From IMG/VR virus record IMGVR_UViG_3300047539_000078, positions 32,001-96,000 of that record: 64,000 nucleotides of DNA. The stretch is one strand, 5' to 3'. A model generated the notes under the pieces. The model was not told where the DNA came from. It saw only the letters and a program-made list of their open reading frames with translations, and did no database searches. Below are positions 26,048 to 36,800 of the stretch, piece after piece (the stretch's first letter is position 1; each line of letters starts with the position of its first letter). This DNA comes from a virus (lineage: Duplodnaviria; Caudoviricetes). Both the position numbers and the translations under genes were made by a program.

Positions 26048-27968
26048 ATGCTGAAAGCAGTCGTATTCGACACAACTACGAATCTGATGGACGTATCGGA
26101 CGCAACCAATCCCGGCGTTGGTTTGGCCCTCAATCGTAATCACCGCAGGCGCGACGCATCGGCGTCGGCCAGATGATCGGCGTCGTCGATGCGTCCGGCA
26201 CGGCCTCCGCCGTCCTGGCGAGCGCCGCGACCTACGTCGGCGGCACGGTGGTGACACCGATTCCCGCACTATAGGCTTTATTCTTGACAGCTACACGCCT
26301 ACGCAGGCGGCGACGATCTTCACGGCTGGCATTTTTTCGGCGGCGGTTTCCGGTGCCACGATTGCCAACGTCGGCGATCAGGTCTACTTGGCGCTTGCAT
26401 CCCCCGGAAACATCTCGGTGAATCCCCCGGCACCGTCCAACTCATGGTACGCCACGACCCTGTACACGCTCGGGGCGACCATCCTCGACACGAACGCCAA
26501 CTGGCAGGTCGTCACGGGCGGCGGTACTACGGGCGGCACCGAACCCACGGTCTGGTCTACCAGCGGCGGCACCACGTCGGACAGCGGCGTCACATGGACG
26601 AACATCCCCACTCCCCTTGAGCAGGTCGTCGGGACGATCCTCAACCTGGTGGGCGGGCTGTGCATCATCTCGTTCCATCCGTTCGCCAACGTCGGTGACG
26701 TGTCGAGCGTCGGTCTCGCGGCACCAGCGGATTTCTCCGTCACAGGCTCCCCCGTAATCAGCATCGGCTCGCTGACGTTCGCATGGGCGAATCAAGCGGT
26801 CAACACTTTCAAGGCTGGTCCGTCTTCGGGCGGCAGCGGAGCCACGGTCTGGCGCAACATAGACCGCCGATTTGTTCTCCGCCCCCGCCACGGGTTCCGC
26901 ACTTGGTGCCATCACGTTGGCGAAGGACTTGGGCGGCACGGCGGCATTGCCAACCGTGATCGGAATACAGAGCGTCACCGTCAGCAGCACGCCTCCATCA
27001 ACGGGGCAAGTGCTGACCGCCACCAGCGCTACGGCTGCGAATTGGCAGACTCCAACCGGCGGCGGGGGCGGCGGCTCCTACAATGTTTTGAGCGGTGGCA
27101 CTGGCATCACAGTGTCGACACCTCGGCACTGGTAGGAAGCCCACCGACGGATACATTCACGGTTAAAATCACCAATACCGCCGTCACGGCGGGATCGTAC
27201 ACGAACGCGGACATCACTATCAATGCCCAAGGTCAGATAACCGCCGCATCCAACGGATCGAGCAGCGGCGGCGGAAGCGGCTCTTACAACGTCGTCGGCG
27301 GCACGGGTATCACGGTCACGAGCGCCGAAATCGGAAGCCCTGCGGTTGACACCTTCACGGTGAAGATTGCTAACACGGCTGTCACGGCTGGAAGCTACAC
27401 CAACTCAAACATCACCGTCAACGCCCAAGGTCAGGTCACAGCTGCGGCGAACGGCTCCGGTGGCGGTTCTGCGGCCACGTCGCTGATGATCTCCAACAGC
27501 ACGGGCAGCGGCAACACCACGAACACGGTATACTTCGCGGGAAACACCGGCGTTCGTTTCGACTACTTTGTCCTTCCATGCGCCGTCACCTTCTCCAACA
27601 TCACCGCCTATATTTCCCAAGGTGGTTTCGGCGGCAGCACATATGACATCGGCATCTACAGTTTGACCGGAACTTTGCTGTGCTCGACCGGGGGAACCGC
27701 GATTGCGAACGGTGCGGCTTGGAATGTCTTCGTCATGTCGGGACCGACCACGCTTCCCGCTGGCGGTTACTTCCTTGCGACCACGGGGCAGGATGCAACC
27801 CAGGTCATCATGGGGTTTGGCAACAATTATATTTCGCCGTTTGTGAACGGAATTGTGGGAAATACAATTATCGGTCACGTTTTGCCCGCTACGGCGACGG
27901 TGCCCGGCAGCTCCCTTACCGGCACGAACAATGCGACTGCCTACTATCCTCAGTTTTACCTGAGCTAA
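26048..27968 (+). CDS. Tail-fibre / virion decoration-like protein (several frameshifts)
   Basis: Thr/Gly/Ser-rich; W.ATT.Y..G...SDSGVTW module; tandem NTAVTAGSYTN.ITINAQGQITAA repeats. Confidence 0.7.
27075..27470 (+). repeat. Two ~66-codon tandem repeats within the fibre gene
   Basis: SYNV.GGTGITV...GSP..DTFTVKI.NTAVTAGSYTN..IT.NAQGQ.TAA.NGS twice. Confidence 0.8.
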
Positions 27969-28180
27969 ATCCACCGTTTTGTGGTAATATAAATCATAGG
28001 AGACTAGTTTGTTTAGTTTACAGGAAGATCAAGACAACACCCGCATCAGCCGCCAAGCGGATGAAGATTGTTTGGCATATCATCTTGCCGACGATGAATA
28101 CAACCCAGCGGTGAAGTACCCGTGCATCCTTCAACTGGGCCATACGGGGCTTCACATAGACTACACCGGCTTCGAGTTCA

Positions 28181-28845
28181 AATGAAACTCACGATTGATT
28201 CCCTTGGAGAACCGATACGGGGCTTTGAAGTGCTCCGCGATGAACTCATCGAAGCGGGGAAGAAGTTCGATGCCGAGACCTTGGCGTCACATCCCCTACG
28301 AAAAACTGGTTTGGTGCTGCCTCGGCCTTGCCGGAAAAGCCGCATGCGGTTTGAACCTCGTCCAAGAAGAGAAGCTGCTCCGGCGCTCCCGCTTTCTTTC
28401 CATGGCTGAGCCGGAAATGCAGGAAGTAAAGACTCTGCTCCAAATCGAGCAAATGGATTCGGATGTGGCACGGGAGCGCACCCGGCTCAGCGCACCGAAG
28501 TGGGAAGACATCCGTCTGCGGCAAAAGGCGTGGTTCAAACTCAACTGCATCGCCAACCATCTCGACAATGTATTCCCTCGGATGGCTGAAGTGACTGCCC
28601 TTCTCGGCCTAGTCCGTGATACCCGCGATTTGCCTCCAGATTTCACAAGCGTTCAGATCAAGAAAATCGACAACCTGACCATCCCCTACCCCGGAGTGAT
28701 GTCGGATTCCATCTTCCGCATACACATCGCATCGATCGCACTGGAGATAAAGAAGCTCATGCCGGAAGATGAGCAAAAGGTGTGCGAAGCGGAAGTCCTG
28801 TTCAATTACTCGTGCACATCGGATTGCTACCAACCGTTTCTATGA
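28181..28845 (+). CDS. Hypothetical protein (frameshift near 28295)
   Basis: MKLTIDSLGE... joins ...HPYEKLVW frame at a C homopolymer. Confidence 0.55.
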
Positions 28846-28905
28846 TGTTGAAAACACTTAGGTTAAACGGTGACCTTTTTGTTCCCGCCGTGGTATAATG
28901 CTGGT

Positions 28906-30654
28906 ATGGAAGCCACATCAAACTTGTTCCCGATAATCGGACAGGAAGAGACCCCAGCGGTCACGGGAACCTTCTATCAGGCTACCCAGCCCATCAAGCC
29001 GAGTATCCAGACCAACACCGACCCTGATATTCGCAAGCACTTCCCGTTCCCGACGATGCGGGACGCACAGGGGCAGGCGCTTGATTTGGTCGTTCGCTCC
29101 GCCCAAGAGAAGAAAAAGTTCACCCTGATCGAAGCTCCAACGGGCGTCGGCAAGTCCGGTATCGCAATAGCGACCGGCTCATGGGCGAAAACACAGCCGA
29201 TCACGCGGCCCCGCGACTCCCAAGGTTCCATCATTCTCTCAACGCAAAAGACTCTGACCGCACAGTACATGAAGGACTTCTCACAGGACGGTCTTGTTGA
29301 ACTCAAGGGTCGTGCAAACTACCAGTGCGCCACGCACGAAACCGATTGCGCTTCGGCGGCGGCGTTCCAGGACGAGAACGACAATTGCGCCAAGAATGGC
29401 GTCTGCCCCTACGCCAACGCCAAAGAGGTGTTCATGGGTTCCCCCGCAGGCGTGACTAACTTCTCCTACTTCCTAACAGAGACCATGTACGCGGGACGCC
29501 TGAAGCCCCGCAACTACCTCGTGCTCGATGAATGCCACAACGTCGAGAACCAGATTCTCGGATTTACCGACACAGAATTCACGAAGGAAAAAGCCGCAGA
29601 ACTCGGCATCACGCTCCCCATTTTCAAAGCGGGAGCCATCGGGAACACCGCCGCAGCCCTCAAGTGGTTCGAGGAAGTGGCCACCCCCAAGATGAACGAG
29701 TACATCGGCGACCTGGAAATGCAAATCGAGCAAGCGAAAAACGACGGAGAGCGCGAGGAAGCCGTGGAACTGGCGAAGCGCTTCCAGCGGTGGACGACGT
29801 TCAAGAAGCGCACGGACATGTTCCGTGAAACCGACCGCCCCGGAGACTGGATTGTTTACTCCGACGTGAACGAAAAGGGCTTCGGCACCAAGAACCTCAT
29901 CATCAAGCCTTTGACCGCCACGCTTTTCGCCGAAAGCATCATGTTCAAGAAGGCTGCGAACATCGTCATGATGTCCGCTACGATCCTGGACTTCAAGACG
30001 TTCATGCGCAACTTGGGAATCGACTCCTCGCAGGCGAACACGATGTCGATCCCGTCCGAGTTCCCCCTTGAGAATCGTCCGATATTCTTCAAGCCCGTGG
30101 GCAACATGTCCTCTAAAACCAAGAAGGATTCGTTGCCCCTGCTTGCGGCGTATACGGAGAAATTGCTTTCGCACCCTAAGTACGTGGGTGTCAAGGGCAT
30201 CATCCACACGCACAGCTACGATATCACGAAATACATGATGGAGTACCTTACATCGCGGGGCTTCGGCGACCGCCTGATTTCACACACGAACCTTCCCGGT
30301 AGCCGCGATGCAGCCGTCGCAAAGCACCTTGCGTCACCGCATGCCACGATTCTGGTCAGCCCGTCCATGACTGAGGGCCTAGACCTCAAGGAAGAACTGA
30401 GTCGGTTCCAGATCATCCTGAAAGTTCCGTACGCATACTTGGACCCGTACGTTAATGCCCGCATGGCCCGCGATTCCGCCTGGTACGCATGGCAGACGGC
30501 TCTCACACTTGTTCAGGCGACGGGACGCTCAGTGCGCTCTACGACCGACAAGGCGCACACTTGGATTTTGGACTCTGAATTTCAGAATTTCCTCCTCAGA
30601 AACGAGAGGATTTTCCCGAATTGGTGGCTAGACAGCATCCAATTTAAGGGGTAG
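28906..30654 (+). CDS. DinG/Rad3-family Fe-S SF2 helicase
   Basis: Q motif, EAPTGVGKS, LKGRANYQC plus Cys cluster, DECH, MSAT, EGLD, QATGRSVR. Confidence 0.9.
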   Translation: MEATSNLFPIIGQEETPAVTGTFYQATQPIKPSIQTNTDPDIRKHFPFPTMRDAQGQALDLVVRSAQEKKKFTLIEAPTGVGKSGIAIATGSWAKTQPITRPRDSQGSIILSTQKTLTAQYMKDFSQDGLVELKGRANYQCATHETDCASAAAFQDENDNCAKNGVCPYANAKEVFMGSPAGVTNFSYFLTETMYAGRLKPRNYLVLDECHNVENQILGFTDTEFTKEKAAELGITLPIFKAGAIGNTAAALKWFEEVATPKMNEYIGDLEMQIEQAKNDGEREEAVELAKRFQRWTTFKKRTDMFRETDRPGDWIVYSDVNEKGFGTKNLIIKPLTATLFAESIMFKKAANIVMMSATILDFKTFMRNLGIDSSQANTMSIPSEFPLENRPIFFKPVGNMSSKTKKDSLPLLAAYTEKLLSHPKYVGVKGIIHTHSYDITKYMMEYLTSRGFGDRLISHTNLPGSRDAAVAKHLASPHATILVSPSMTEGLDLKEELSRFQIILKVPYAYLDPYVNARMARDSAWYAWQTALTLVQATGRSVRSTTDKAHTWILDSEFQNFLLRNERIFPNWWLDSIQFKG

Positions 30655-30985
30655 ACTTTATGAACGACAAAAAAGTAACCTGGAGATTTTAAATGACTGA
30701 AAACCAGATAGAACTCGCCCGTCACGCTCTCGGGCTTCCGAACAGGAAAAGAGAGTGTCGTATACCGGAACTATTTTTTCGCCGGACCCGGGCACACGGA
30801 TTACCCGGAGTGGGTGGCGATGGTTGCGCAGGGCGATGCCGTTCGCAGAAGCGGCAGCAGATCTATCGGCGGTGACGACGTGTTCTATGTTACGGGCAAA
30901 GGCGCAAGAGCCGCGTTGCTCCCGAGAGAAAAACTGGCCGTTGAAGATTTCCCGCTTGAGAAGTAATACACTAGGAGAATCGTAC

Positions 30986-31273
30986 ATGAAGACCACCGTT
31001 GCAGTTGTAGCATTTTTGATGTTGTCAACCGTAGCATCCGCGCAAAATTCGGGGGGCGTGGGGATTTCTAAGCCCATAATGCACAGCCTGCCCGCCATCC
31101 CGCCAACGATTTTCAATGCCACGAGCGCCCACGGCGATGACAGCTATAGCCCAAGTCTGTTCATTAGCTGGGACGACGCCATCAGATATGTACCAGAACA
31201 AAAACCCGAGACTCTCGGAGATGCTGCACGGGCAAACCGGGAGCAAAAGAAGAAGGTCCATGCCGTTAACTAA
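30986..31273 (+). CDS. Small secreted protein
   Basis: AGGAG RBS; signal peptide ending VASA-Q; C-terminal ETLGDAARANR. Confidence 0.65.
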   Translation: MKTTVAVVAFLMLSTVASAQNSGGVGISKPIMHSLPAIPPTIFNATSAHGDDSYSPSLFISWDDAIRYVPEQKPETLGDAARANREQKKKVHAVN

Positions 31274-31523
31274 GGTTGTATCCGATGCCATTTATCGAAG
31301 CCGCCTGAAGCGGATGAAGGAGGAGATCGAGGGGGATTACCCCGCATTCCTCATCTGGAGCGAGGCCCGCCTCATCGCGGCATGCCACAAGATGCCGTTG
31401 AGCTACCACGTATCCGGTTGGTGGGGGCGGTATCGCCCGTTCTTTTTGGATGCGGAGTGGTGGAAGTGGAAGATCACAGGGAAGTCCGACATCTACGAGC
31501 CACTTCCTCCTGACACAACCTGA
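31260..31523 (+). CDS. Trp-rich hypothetical protein
   Basis: AAGG RBS; overlap with the previous gene. Confidence 0.5.
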   Translation: MPLTKVVSDAIYRSRLKRMKEEIEGDYPAFLIWSEARLIAACHKMPLSYHVSGWWGRYRPFFLDAEWWKWKITGKSDIYEPLPPDTT

Positions 31524-31667
31524 CGGCTACACCCGCTTGTCAAATGCTATCTTAGGACCCAATCCTTGCCCTGACTGTCATTGTGACGCCAGAGTATTCG
31601 CCAAGGCGGGATGCGTCTGCTCCTGCCACGGCTGGGAAAGCATCGACTAAATCTAGTACTATAAGAC

Positions 31668-31973
31668 ATGAAGCTGAAGCGTTCTCGGTTCCCGAAGGCG
31701 AAAACCATCGCGCTCATGTCGGCATTGCTGGCTAAGATTCTGCCTGCGGACTATCCACCTACAACGGCTTGGCACGAATCGCAAGCGGGACACGCCGCGT
31801 TGCGGTTGCGCTCCGCCACGAGCGGCGTCGAGTGGACAATCGACATCTATAGTGAGAAGTATATGTGCATCCAGATTGGGAGCCATTTCTCGGAGGTCTG
31901 CAAAAGCGTCCCGTCCCTTGTCGGGTACTTTTGCCGGATGCTGGATACGGGGATTCGGATAAACCATGACTGA
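31668..31973 (+). CDS. Hypothetical protein
   Basis: TAGTACTAT 5 nt before ATG. Confidence 0.55.
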   Translation: MKLKRSRFPKAKTIALMSALLAKILPADYPPTTAWHESQAGHAALRLRSATSGVEWTIDIYSEKYMCIQIGSHFSEVCKSVPSLVGYFCRMLDTGIRINHD

Positions 31974-32745
31974 CACACCCGTAATTCGAATCGACACGCT
32001 GGAAGACCTCAAGAAGGCCCTCTTCCTCCAAAAGCAGATGACCCGTCGCGCCCATGACGAGCTGCAGACGGTCGCCGGGGACAGTGTCCTTGAAGGGAAC
32101 CCGAATCCCGATCCGGAGACCATCAAGAAGTTCATGAAGGATGAAGCTAATCTCCTCAAGACCTATGCATTCCGCCTCACGCTCACCGAGTGGGCGATGG
32201 GCGGGGTAACAGCCGGGAACACGGCGCAGTGGGGCGCAACCTTCGGGGTGGCGCTCATCGTCGGTGAACTTATCCTCGCCCAAGTCAACTCCATGCACCC
32301 GGGCTACGGTGCCGCCATCAAGGGGTTCTTCGTCAATCTCCTCGCGCTCGAAAACCGGCTCCGCCTGAACGGGGATGACACCTCTGAAATCGACGGCCTT
32401 GTCATGAATTTCAACGTGACCAAGAAGGACGGCACACCCGTCGATGACGAGGCAACGAAGACCAAGATTCGCAAGGGACTGCATGAAGTGCTCCACACTA
32501 TCTTAGCCGCCGGTATCGAATACGGACTATTCGAGGAAACCGAGACCGGCCACCAGATCACGAAGACCGGCCACCGGGTCATGCTTCACATGCACGATGT
32601 CCAGACATTCGTGGAGACCCTAGCGGCAGCCCATGCACGGTTCCAGAACGAAGTCCCGGCACTAATGAGCACTATGGCGGAAGTCGTTGAGAAGGCTAAG
32701 GTTCGCAGAAAGCGAGCCAAAAAGCAACTTCCACCCTCTAGTTAG
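31966..32745 (+). CDS. Hypothetical protein
   Basis: 259 aa with strong codon bias. Confidence 0.75.
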   Translation: MTDTPVIRIDTLEDLKKALFLQKQMTRRAHDELQTVAGDSVLEGNPNPDPETIKKFMKDEANLLKTYAFRLTLTEWAMGGVTAGNTAQWGATFGVALIVGELILAQVNSMHPGYGAAIKGFFVNLLALENRLRLNGDDTSEIDGLVMNFNVTKKDGTPVDDEATKTKIRKGLHEVLHTILAAGIEYGLFEETETGHQITKTGHRVMLHMHDVQTFVETLAAAHARFQNEVPALMSTMAEVVEKAKVRRKRAKKQLPPSS

Positions 32746-32758
32746 AGGTAATCACAAC

Positions 32759-32969
32759 ATGATATTCACACTAGCAGTAGTGATCGGGGCATTCATCGGG
32801 GGCGGGATCGTCGGCGCTGGCGGTTTTGCGGCGTTCGAAGCGTCCGCTAAGACTGACGTAAAGGCAGCCTGGGCCGCCGTAGAAGCTGAATTTGCCAAGG
32901 TTGTTCCCACACTCACCAGCCGCGACGAGTGCCGTCGCAGCCGTCAAGACCGCCGTCGCCAAGCTGTAA
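32759..32969 (+). CDS. Small Ala-rich membrane protein (frameshift near 32918)
   Basis: GAGG RBS; N-terminal TM; amphipathic tail AVAAVKTAVAKL*. Confidence 0.55.
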
Positions 32970-32990
32970 GATTTGCGGTATTATCCCCTT

Positions 32991-33788
32991 ATGGGGAAAA
33001 CATCCGGGGCAGCGGGCGGTGCGATCCACCATCCGGTGCCCTATCTTTTTTTGAAGCCACCCGTCCGCCAAAATGTCCTCATCGGCGACGATCCCCTGCA
33101 AATCCGCTTTGCCGAACAATTCCTTAAATGCGAATGCGTTACAGTCGACTCCCTTACGGACGATGATGTCCTGGGCGTCGAAGATGTCCTATTTCGCGTC
33201 CGATTCGAGAAGAGCCTGGAAATCACACCCGGCGTGCGCCCCAAGATCGGGATGTGGTCGCTTCAGCTCATCGCGCCGGACAGCGCATCCGCAAACGCCC
33301 TCGTCCGCGTGGCGGCCAAGATCATCGGAGAGACGTTGGATGAGGACCGGTTCAACGCCATCGTCAAGGAAATCGGTCGGCGGTTCAAGCGGCAGGAAAT
33401 CCGCGACCTCCGCGTCGGCCTGTGGGAGACGTGCGACCTCATATTGGAAGGCATCGCGCCGACCAACAAGTGGAAGGAGCCTTGGGACACCGCCGATCCC
33501 ATGGAATGGCTGCCGCCCGGGACGAACATCGACATGCGCCTCGGAACCCTCTTCAAGCATCTCCGCGCATACGTCTACCTGCTCTCCGGCGTGGACGAAG
33601 AAGCCATGGATTTGAAGGTTCCGCCGAGCAAGATCAAGTATCTGCAGGGTCTCCATCTGGACCCCGAGAAGGTCTACGAGACGCTCAAGGCGCTGTCCCG
33701 CCACCGCTACTTCGGTGCCGATCCAAGAAAGACCATTTTAGCACCTCGTCAAAGTCTGGGCGCTCTAGTATTATGGTATGAGGCGTAA
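32991..33788 (+). CDS. Hypothetical protein; faint resemblance to a clamp-loader delta N-terminus
   Basis: GGTATTAT 6 nt before ATG; VLIGDDPLQ; function weakly supported. Confidence 0.55.
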   Translation: MGKTSGAAGGAIHHPVPYLFLKPPVRQNVLIGDDPLQIRFAEQFLKCECVTVDSLTDDDVLGVEDVLFRVRFEKSLEITPGVRPKIGMWSLQLIAPDSASANALVRVAAKIIGETLDEDRFNAIVKEIGRRFKRQEIRDLRVGLWETCDLILEGIAPTNKWKEPWDTADPMEWLPPGTNIDMRLGTLFKHLRAYVYLLSGVDEEAMDLKVPPSKIKYLQGLHLDPEKVYETLKALSRHRYFGADPRKTILAPRQSLGALVLWYEA

Positions 33789-34509
33789 ACCAGTGACCCC
33801 AATGTTCAGTCAACTCGTCGTGTCCGGCACCATGCAGAAGACACACAAGCCATGGGCGGTGACCCTTTCCATCATCGTCCAGTCCCTCATTATCGCCGTG
33901 ATGGTCATCATTCCGTTGCTGTATACCGAGGTATTGCCGAAGGGAATGCTGAACACGTTCCTCGTGGCACCAGCACCCCCACCCCCTCCCCCGCCGCCGC
34001 AGCCGATAGCCAGAATCATCAGAGTAGTACAACCCAAAGTCATCAACATCCAAAAGATGCTGGCTCCGACAACGATCCCCAAGCGCATCGCCGTCTTCAA
34101 GGATGAGGCACCCGTGGTTTACACAAACAGCAATGAGGGTGTCTCCGGCGGCACTGGCAATGTTCTGGGCGGTCTGATCGGTGCATCCGGCCCGCCTCCA
34201 CCGCCTCCGCCTCCTCCGCCCGCACGCATCCGCGTCGGAGGAAACGTGGAAGCAGCATCTCTCGTCAATAAAGTTACGCCGTCATACCCCGCGATTGCGA
34301 AGACGGCGCATGTGTCCGGCACGGTGATTCTACACGCCATCATCGGCAAGGATGGCTCCATCAAGGAACTCCAGTACATTTCAGGGCCTCCGCTGCTGTT
34401 GAAGTCGGCAATGGATGCCGTGAAAGAGTGGCGGTACAAGCCGACTCAGCTCAACGGCGAGCCGGTCGAGGTGGATACTACCATCGATGTTGTCTTTACC
34501 CTTGGGTAA
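33778..34509 (+). CDS. tonB: Energy transducer TonB (Acidobacteria-like)
   Basis: N-terminal TM, poly-Pro linker, C-terminal RIRVGGNV...YPAIAK...SGTVIL.AIIGKDG...AVKEWRYKP..LNGEPVEV. Confidence 0.9.
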   Translation: MRRKPVTPMFSQLVVSGTMQKTHKPWAVTLSIIVQSLIIAVMVIIPLLYTEVLPKGMLNTFLVAPAPPPPPPPPQPIARIIRVVQPKVINIQKMLAPTTIPKRIAVFKDEAPVVYTNSNEGVSGGTGNVLGGLIGASGPPPPPPPPPPARIRVGGNVEAASLVNKVTPSYPAIAKTAHVSGTVILHAIIGKDGSIKELQYISGPPLLLKSAMDAVKEWRYKPTQLNGEPVEVDTTIDVVFTLG

Positions 34510-34542
34510 AGAGTTGTTCCCCGCATAAACCGCATACAGACG

Positions 34543-34571
34543 AGCCGCCCTTTGACCCGGGCGGCTTTTCT
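34543..34571 (+). terminator. Intrinsic terminator after tonB
   Basis: AGCCGCCC/GGGCGGCT stem followed by TTTCT. Confidence 0.6.
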
Positions 34572-34685
34572 GCTGATGCACCAAAATTCTTTGTGAAAAA
34601 AACCCGATATCCTGGTATTGTATGAGTGACAACCTAAGCGGTTGTTCAACTTGAATTAAACTTTAAACCTGAGAGGAAACGAAAA

Positions 34686-35576
34686 ATGGCAAATAATTTC
34701 ATTGAAGATTCAGAAGATTTGAGCGGCATCCTGAGTAACACCCAGGAAGCACCCGCAGCAGTTGCAGCGGCACCGACACAGACACTTGTCGAGCCGCATA
34801 GCCATCCCGCCGAGTTAATCCCAGCACCAGTCACGGCATCTTACGTTGATGAGGAGGATGAATCCTTACCTGCAACCACCAAGGCATCAGCCAAGCCCTC
34901 ATCCGACGAATTCAACGTTGAATTCGGCGATGAGAAGCTGATGGAGGATGAAGGCGGGTTGAAAGTGCCGCTCCGCCCCGATACAGGGAAGACCGTGCGC
35001 TTCGCGCTCTTGACCGATTACGTTCCGGCCAAGCGTGCATTCAACCACTACATCGAGAAGAAGGGCACGTTCCTTTGCCTCACTCCCGAGGACAAGTCCG
35101 AAATCTGCTGCACGGCGGATGGCCAGAAGGAGTCTCAGCCGCAGATCGTGGCGTTGGTCCTGCACTACACGAATGCCGATCCCAAGACCGGCCAGTACAA
35201 GAAGGACAAGGACGGAGTCGTCCCCCCGACCGAGTGGGAAATCCGATTCAGCCGCCTCAGCCGCTCCGCATTCAAGCGCATCTCCAAGATGACGGAGGAG
35301 GACGGCAAGCCGACCGACATCGACATCACGATGTGCCACAAGTCGGACGGCGGCATCGGGTACGAGTACAACCGCACCAACCTTGCACGCTGGAAGAAGA
35401 ATCCGGCGCTCGTCAAGGAAGTGGAAGCGGCCCTGCAGCCTTTCATCAAGGACGGCGGCAAGAAGCTCATTTCCCGTCTCGGCAGAAAGATCAGCAAGAC
35501 GGAATGGCGCATCCTGCTCGCCGGTAGCAAGCCAGCTTCCGATGCATCAAACCTGGAAGACATCTCTGACATCTAG
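34686..35576 (+). CDS. Putative single-stranded DNA-binding protein (gp32-like)
   Basis: GAGG RBS; RFALL..HY....FLC...CC motif; acidic C-terminal tail; replication context. Confidence 0.55.
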   Translation: MANNFIEDSEDLSGILSNTQEAPAAVAAAPTQTLVEPHSHPAELIPAPVTASYVDEEDESLPATTKASAKPSSDEFNVEFGDEKLMEDEGGLKVPLRPDTGKTVRFALLTDYVPAKRAFNHYIEKKGTFLCLTPEDKSEICCTADGQKESQPQIVALVLHYTNADPKTGQYKKDKDGVVPPTEWEIRFSRLSRSAFKRISKMTEEDGKPTDIDITMCHKSDGGIGYEYNRTNLARWKKNPALVKEVEAALQPFIKDGGKKLISRLGRKISKTEWRILLAGSKPASDASNLEDISDI

Positions 35577-35597
35577 TCAGTGACGAACCATCGAACC

Positions 35598-35634
35598 CCT
35601 CCAATGAGTTAACGCTCATTGGAGGTTTTTCTTT
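35598..35634 (+). terminator. Intrinsic terminator
   Basis: CCTCCAATGAG/CTCATTGGAGG followed by TTTTTCTTT. Confidence 0.8.
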
Positions 35635-35646
35635 CTAGGAGAAATC

Positions 35647-35949
35647 ATGACTGAAATACAGCAGACTTTTCAGGAACGGCTGGCAGAGGCTTTTTCGAGT
35701 GCTATAAAGTCGTCAGACAAGCCCGTGAACTGGATTGTGGCGCATCCCGATGACCATGGGAAGTTTATAAGCGCCATACCTGTGGGTGGGTATGAGGTGA
35801 ATGAGCCCCGTCATGATGGCGTTGTGGCATTCATCTGGGGTGCCAATGTCGTTCTGAACAAGGATGCCGTCCTGAATACCGTGTACATCAGTTGTGCGGA
35901 AAGCCGCGAAGACGCAATTGGTTCCGCCGTAACCTTTTTGCTAGATTGA
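35647..35949 (+). CDS. Hypothetical protein
   Basis: AGGAG RBS. Confidence 0.65.
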   Translation: MTEIQQTFQERLAEAFSSAIKSSDKPVNWIVAHPDDHGKFISAIPVGGYEVNEPRHDGVVAFIWGANVVLNKDAVLNTVYISCAESREDAIGSAVTFLLD

Positions 35950-35953
35950 AGAC

Positions 35954-36766
35954 ATGATAATTCTAGGGTTGGACATGGAGACAACGGGCCGCGAACCGAC
36001 GATCCACTCCGTCACGGAGGTCGGTGCCGTCATGTGGGAAACCACGCTTCGGACGCCCATCCGGGAGATCGGCCAGCTCGTGTACGACCCAGATGCCGTT
36101 TGGGAACCGGGTGTCACCAGCGTCAACGGCATAACCCCCGAAATATGTAAGCATTACGGCAAGGATTCCAAGAAGGTCCTCCAAACCCTCATCTCTTGGT
36201 ACCAGCAATCCGATGTCGTCTGCGCCCATAATGGGAATATCTTCGACCGTCCGGTTTTCTTCAATTGGTGCGACCGGTTCGGCTTCCACGATTACAAGGA
36301 TGAGAACAAGGTCTGGATCGACACCACGACGGACATTGACATCCCGCGTGGGTGGCCGCGCAAGCTCCAGTATCTCGCTACCCATCTCGGCATCCACAAC
36401 CCGTTCCCTCACCGTGCCGTGTTCGATGTCATGGCTATGCTCATGATCCTAGACCGCTTCGACCTCAACCGCACCATGGAACTCGCGAAATCCCCGACCG
36501 TGATCATCCAGGCACTCGTGAGTTATGACCAAAAGGATTGGGCCAAGGATTTGGGGTACTACTGGCGTCCCGAGCGAAAGGTATGGATCAAGTCCGTCAA
36601 GGCGGCTCGCGTCGGGGAAGAGGAAGCCTCCGCTGCCCGAGCGTTTACGGAGGTATCCAGAGACGGCGTGACGAACTGGGTTGTCTACCCCTTCGGCATT
36701 CCGATAGATGAGAATATGTGGCCCTTCACGCGCACCAGAGGCTTCAAAATTCGCTTGAACGGATAG
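35954..36766 (+). CDS. DEDDh 3'-5' exonuclease (DnaQ-like)
   Basis: LDMETTG, AHNGNIFD, IDT, HRAVFD; C-terminal KDWAKDLGYYW...W module. Confidence 0.88.
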   Translation: MIILGLDMETTGREPTIHSVTEVGAVMWETTLRTPIREIGQLVYDPDAVWEPGVTSVNGITPEICKHYGKDSKKVLQTLISWYQQSDVVCAHNGNIFDRPVFFNWCDRFGFHDYKDENKVWIDTTTDIDIPRGWPRKLQYLATHLGIHNPFPHRAVFDVMAMLMILDRFDLNRTMELAKSPTVIIQALVSYDQKDWAKDLGYYWRPERKVWIKSVKAARVGEEEASAARAFTEVSRDGVTNWVVYPFGIPIDENMWPFTRTRGFKIRLNG

Positions 36767-36800
36767 GCTGTTCGTGGTATGCTTTCTCCTGAGGTGATAC

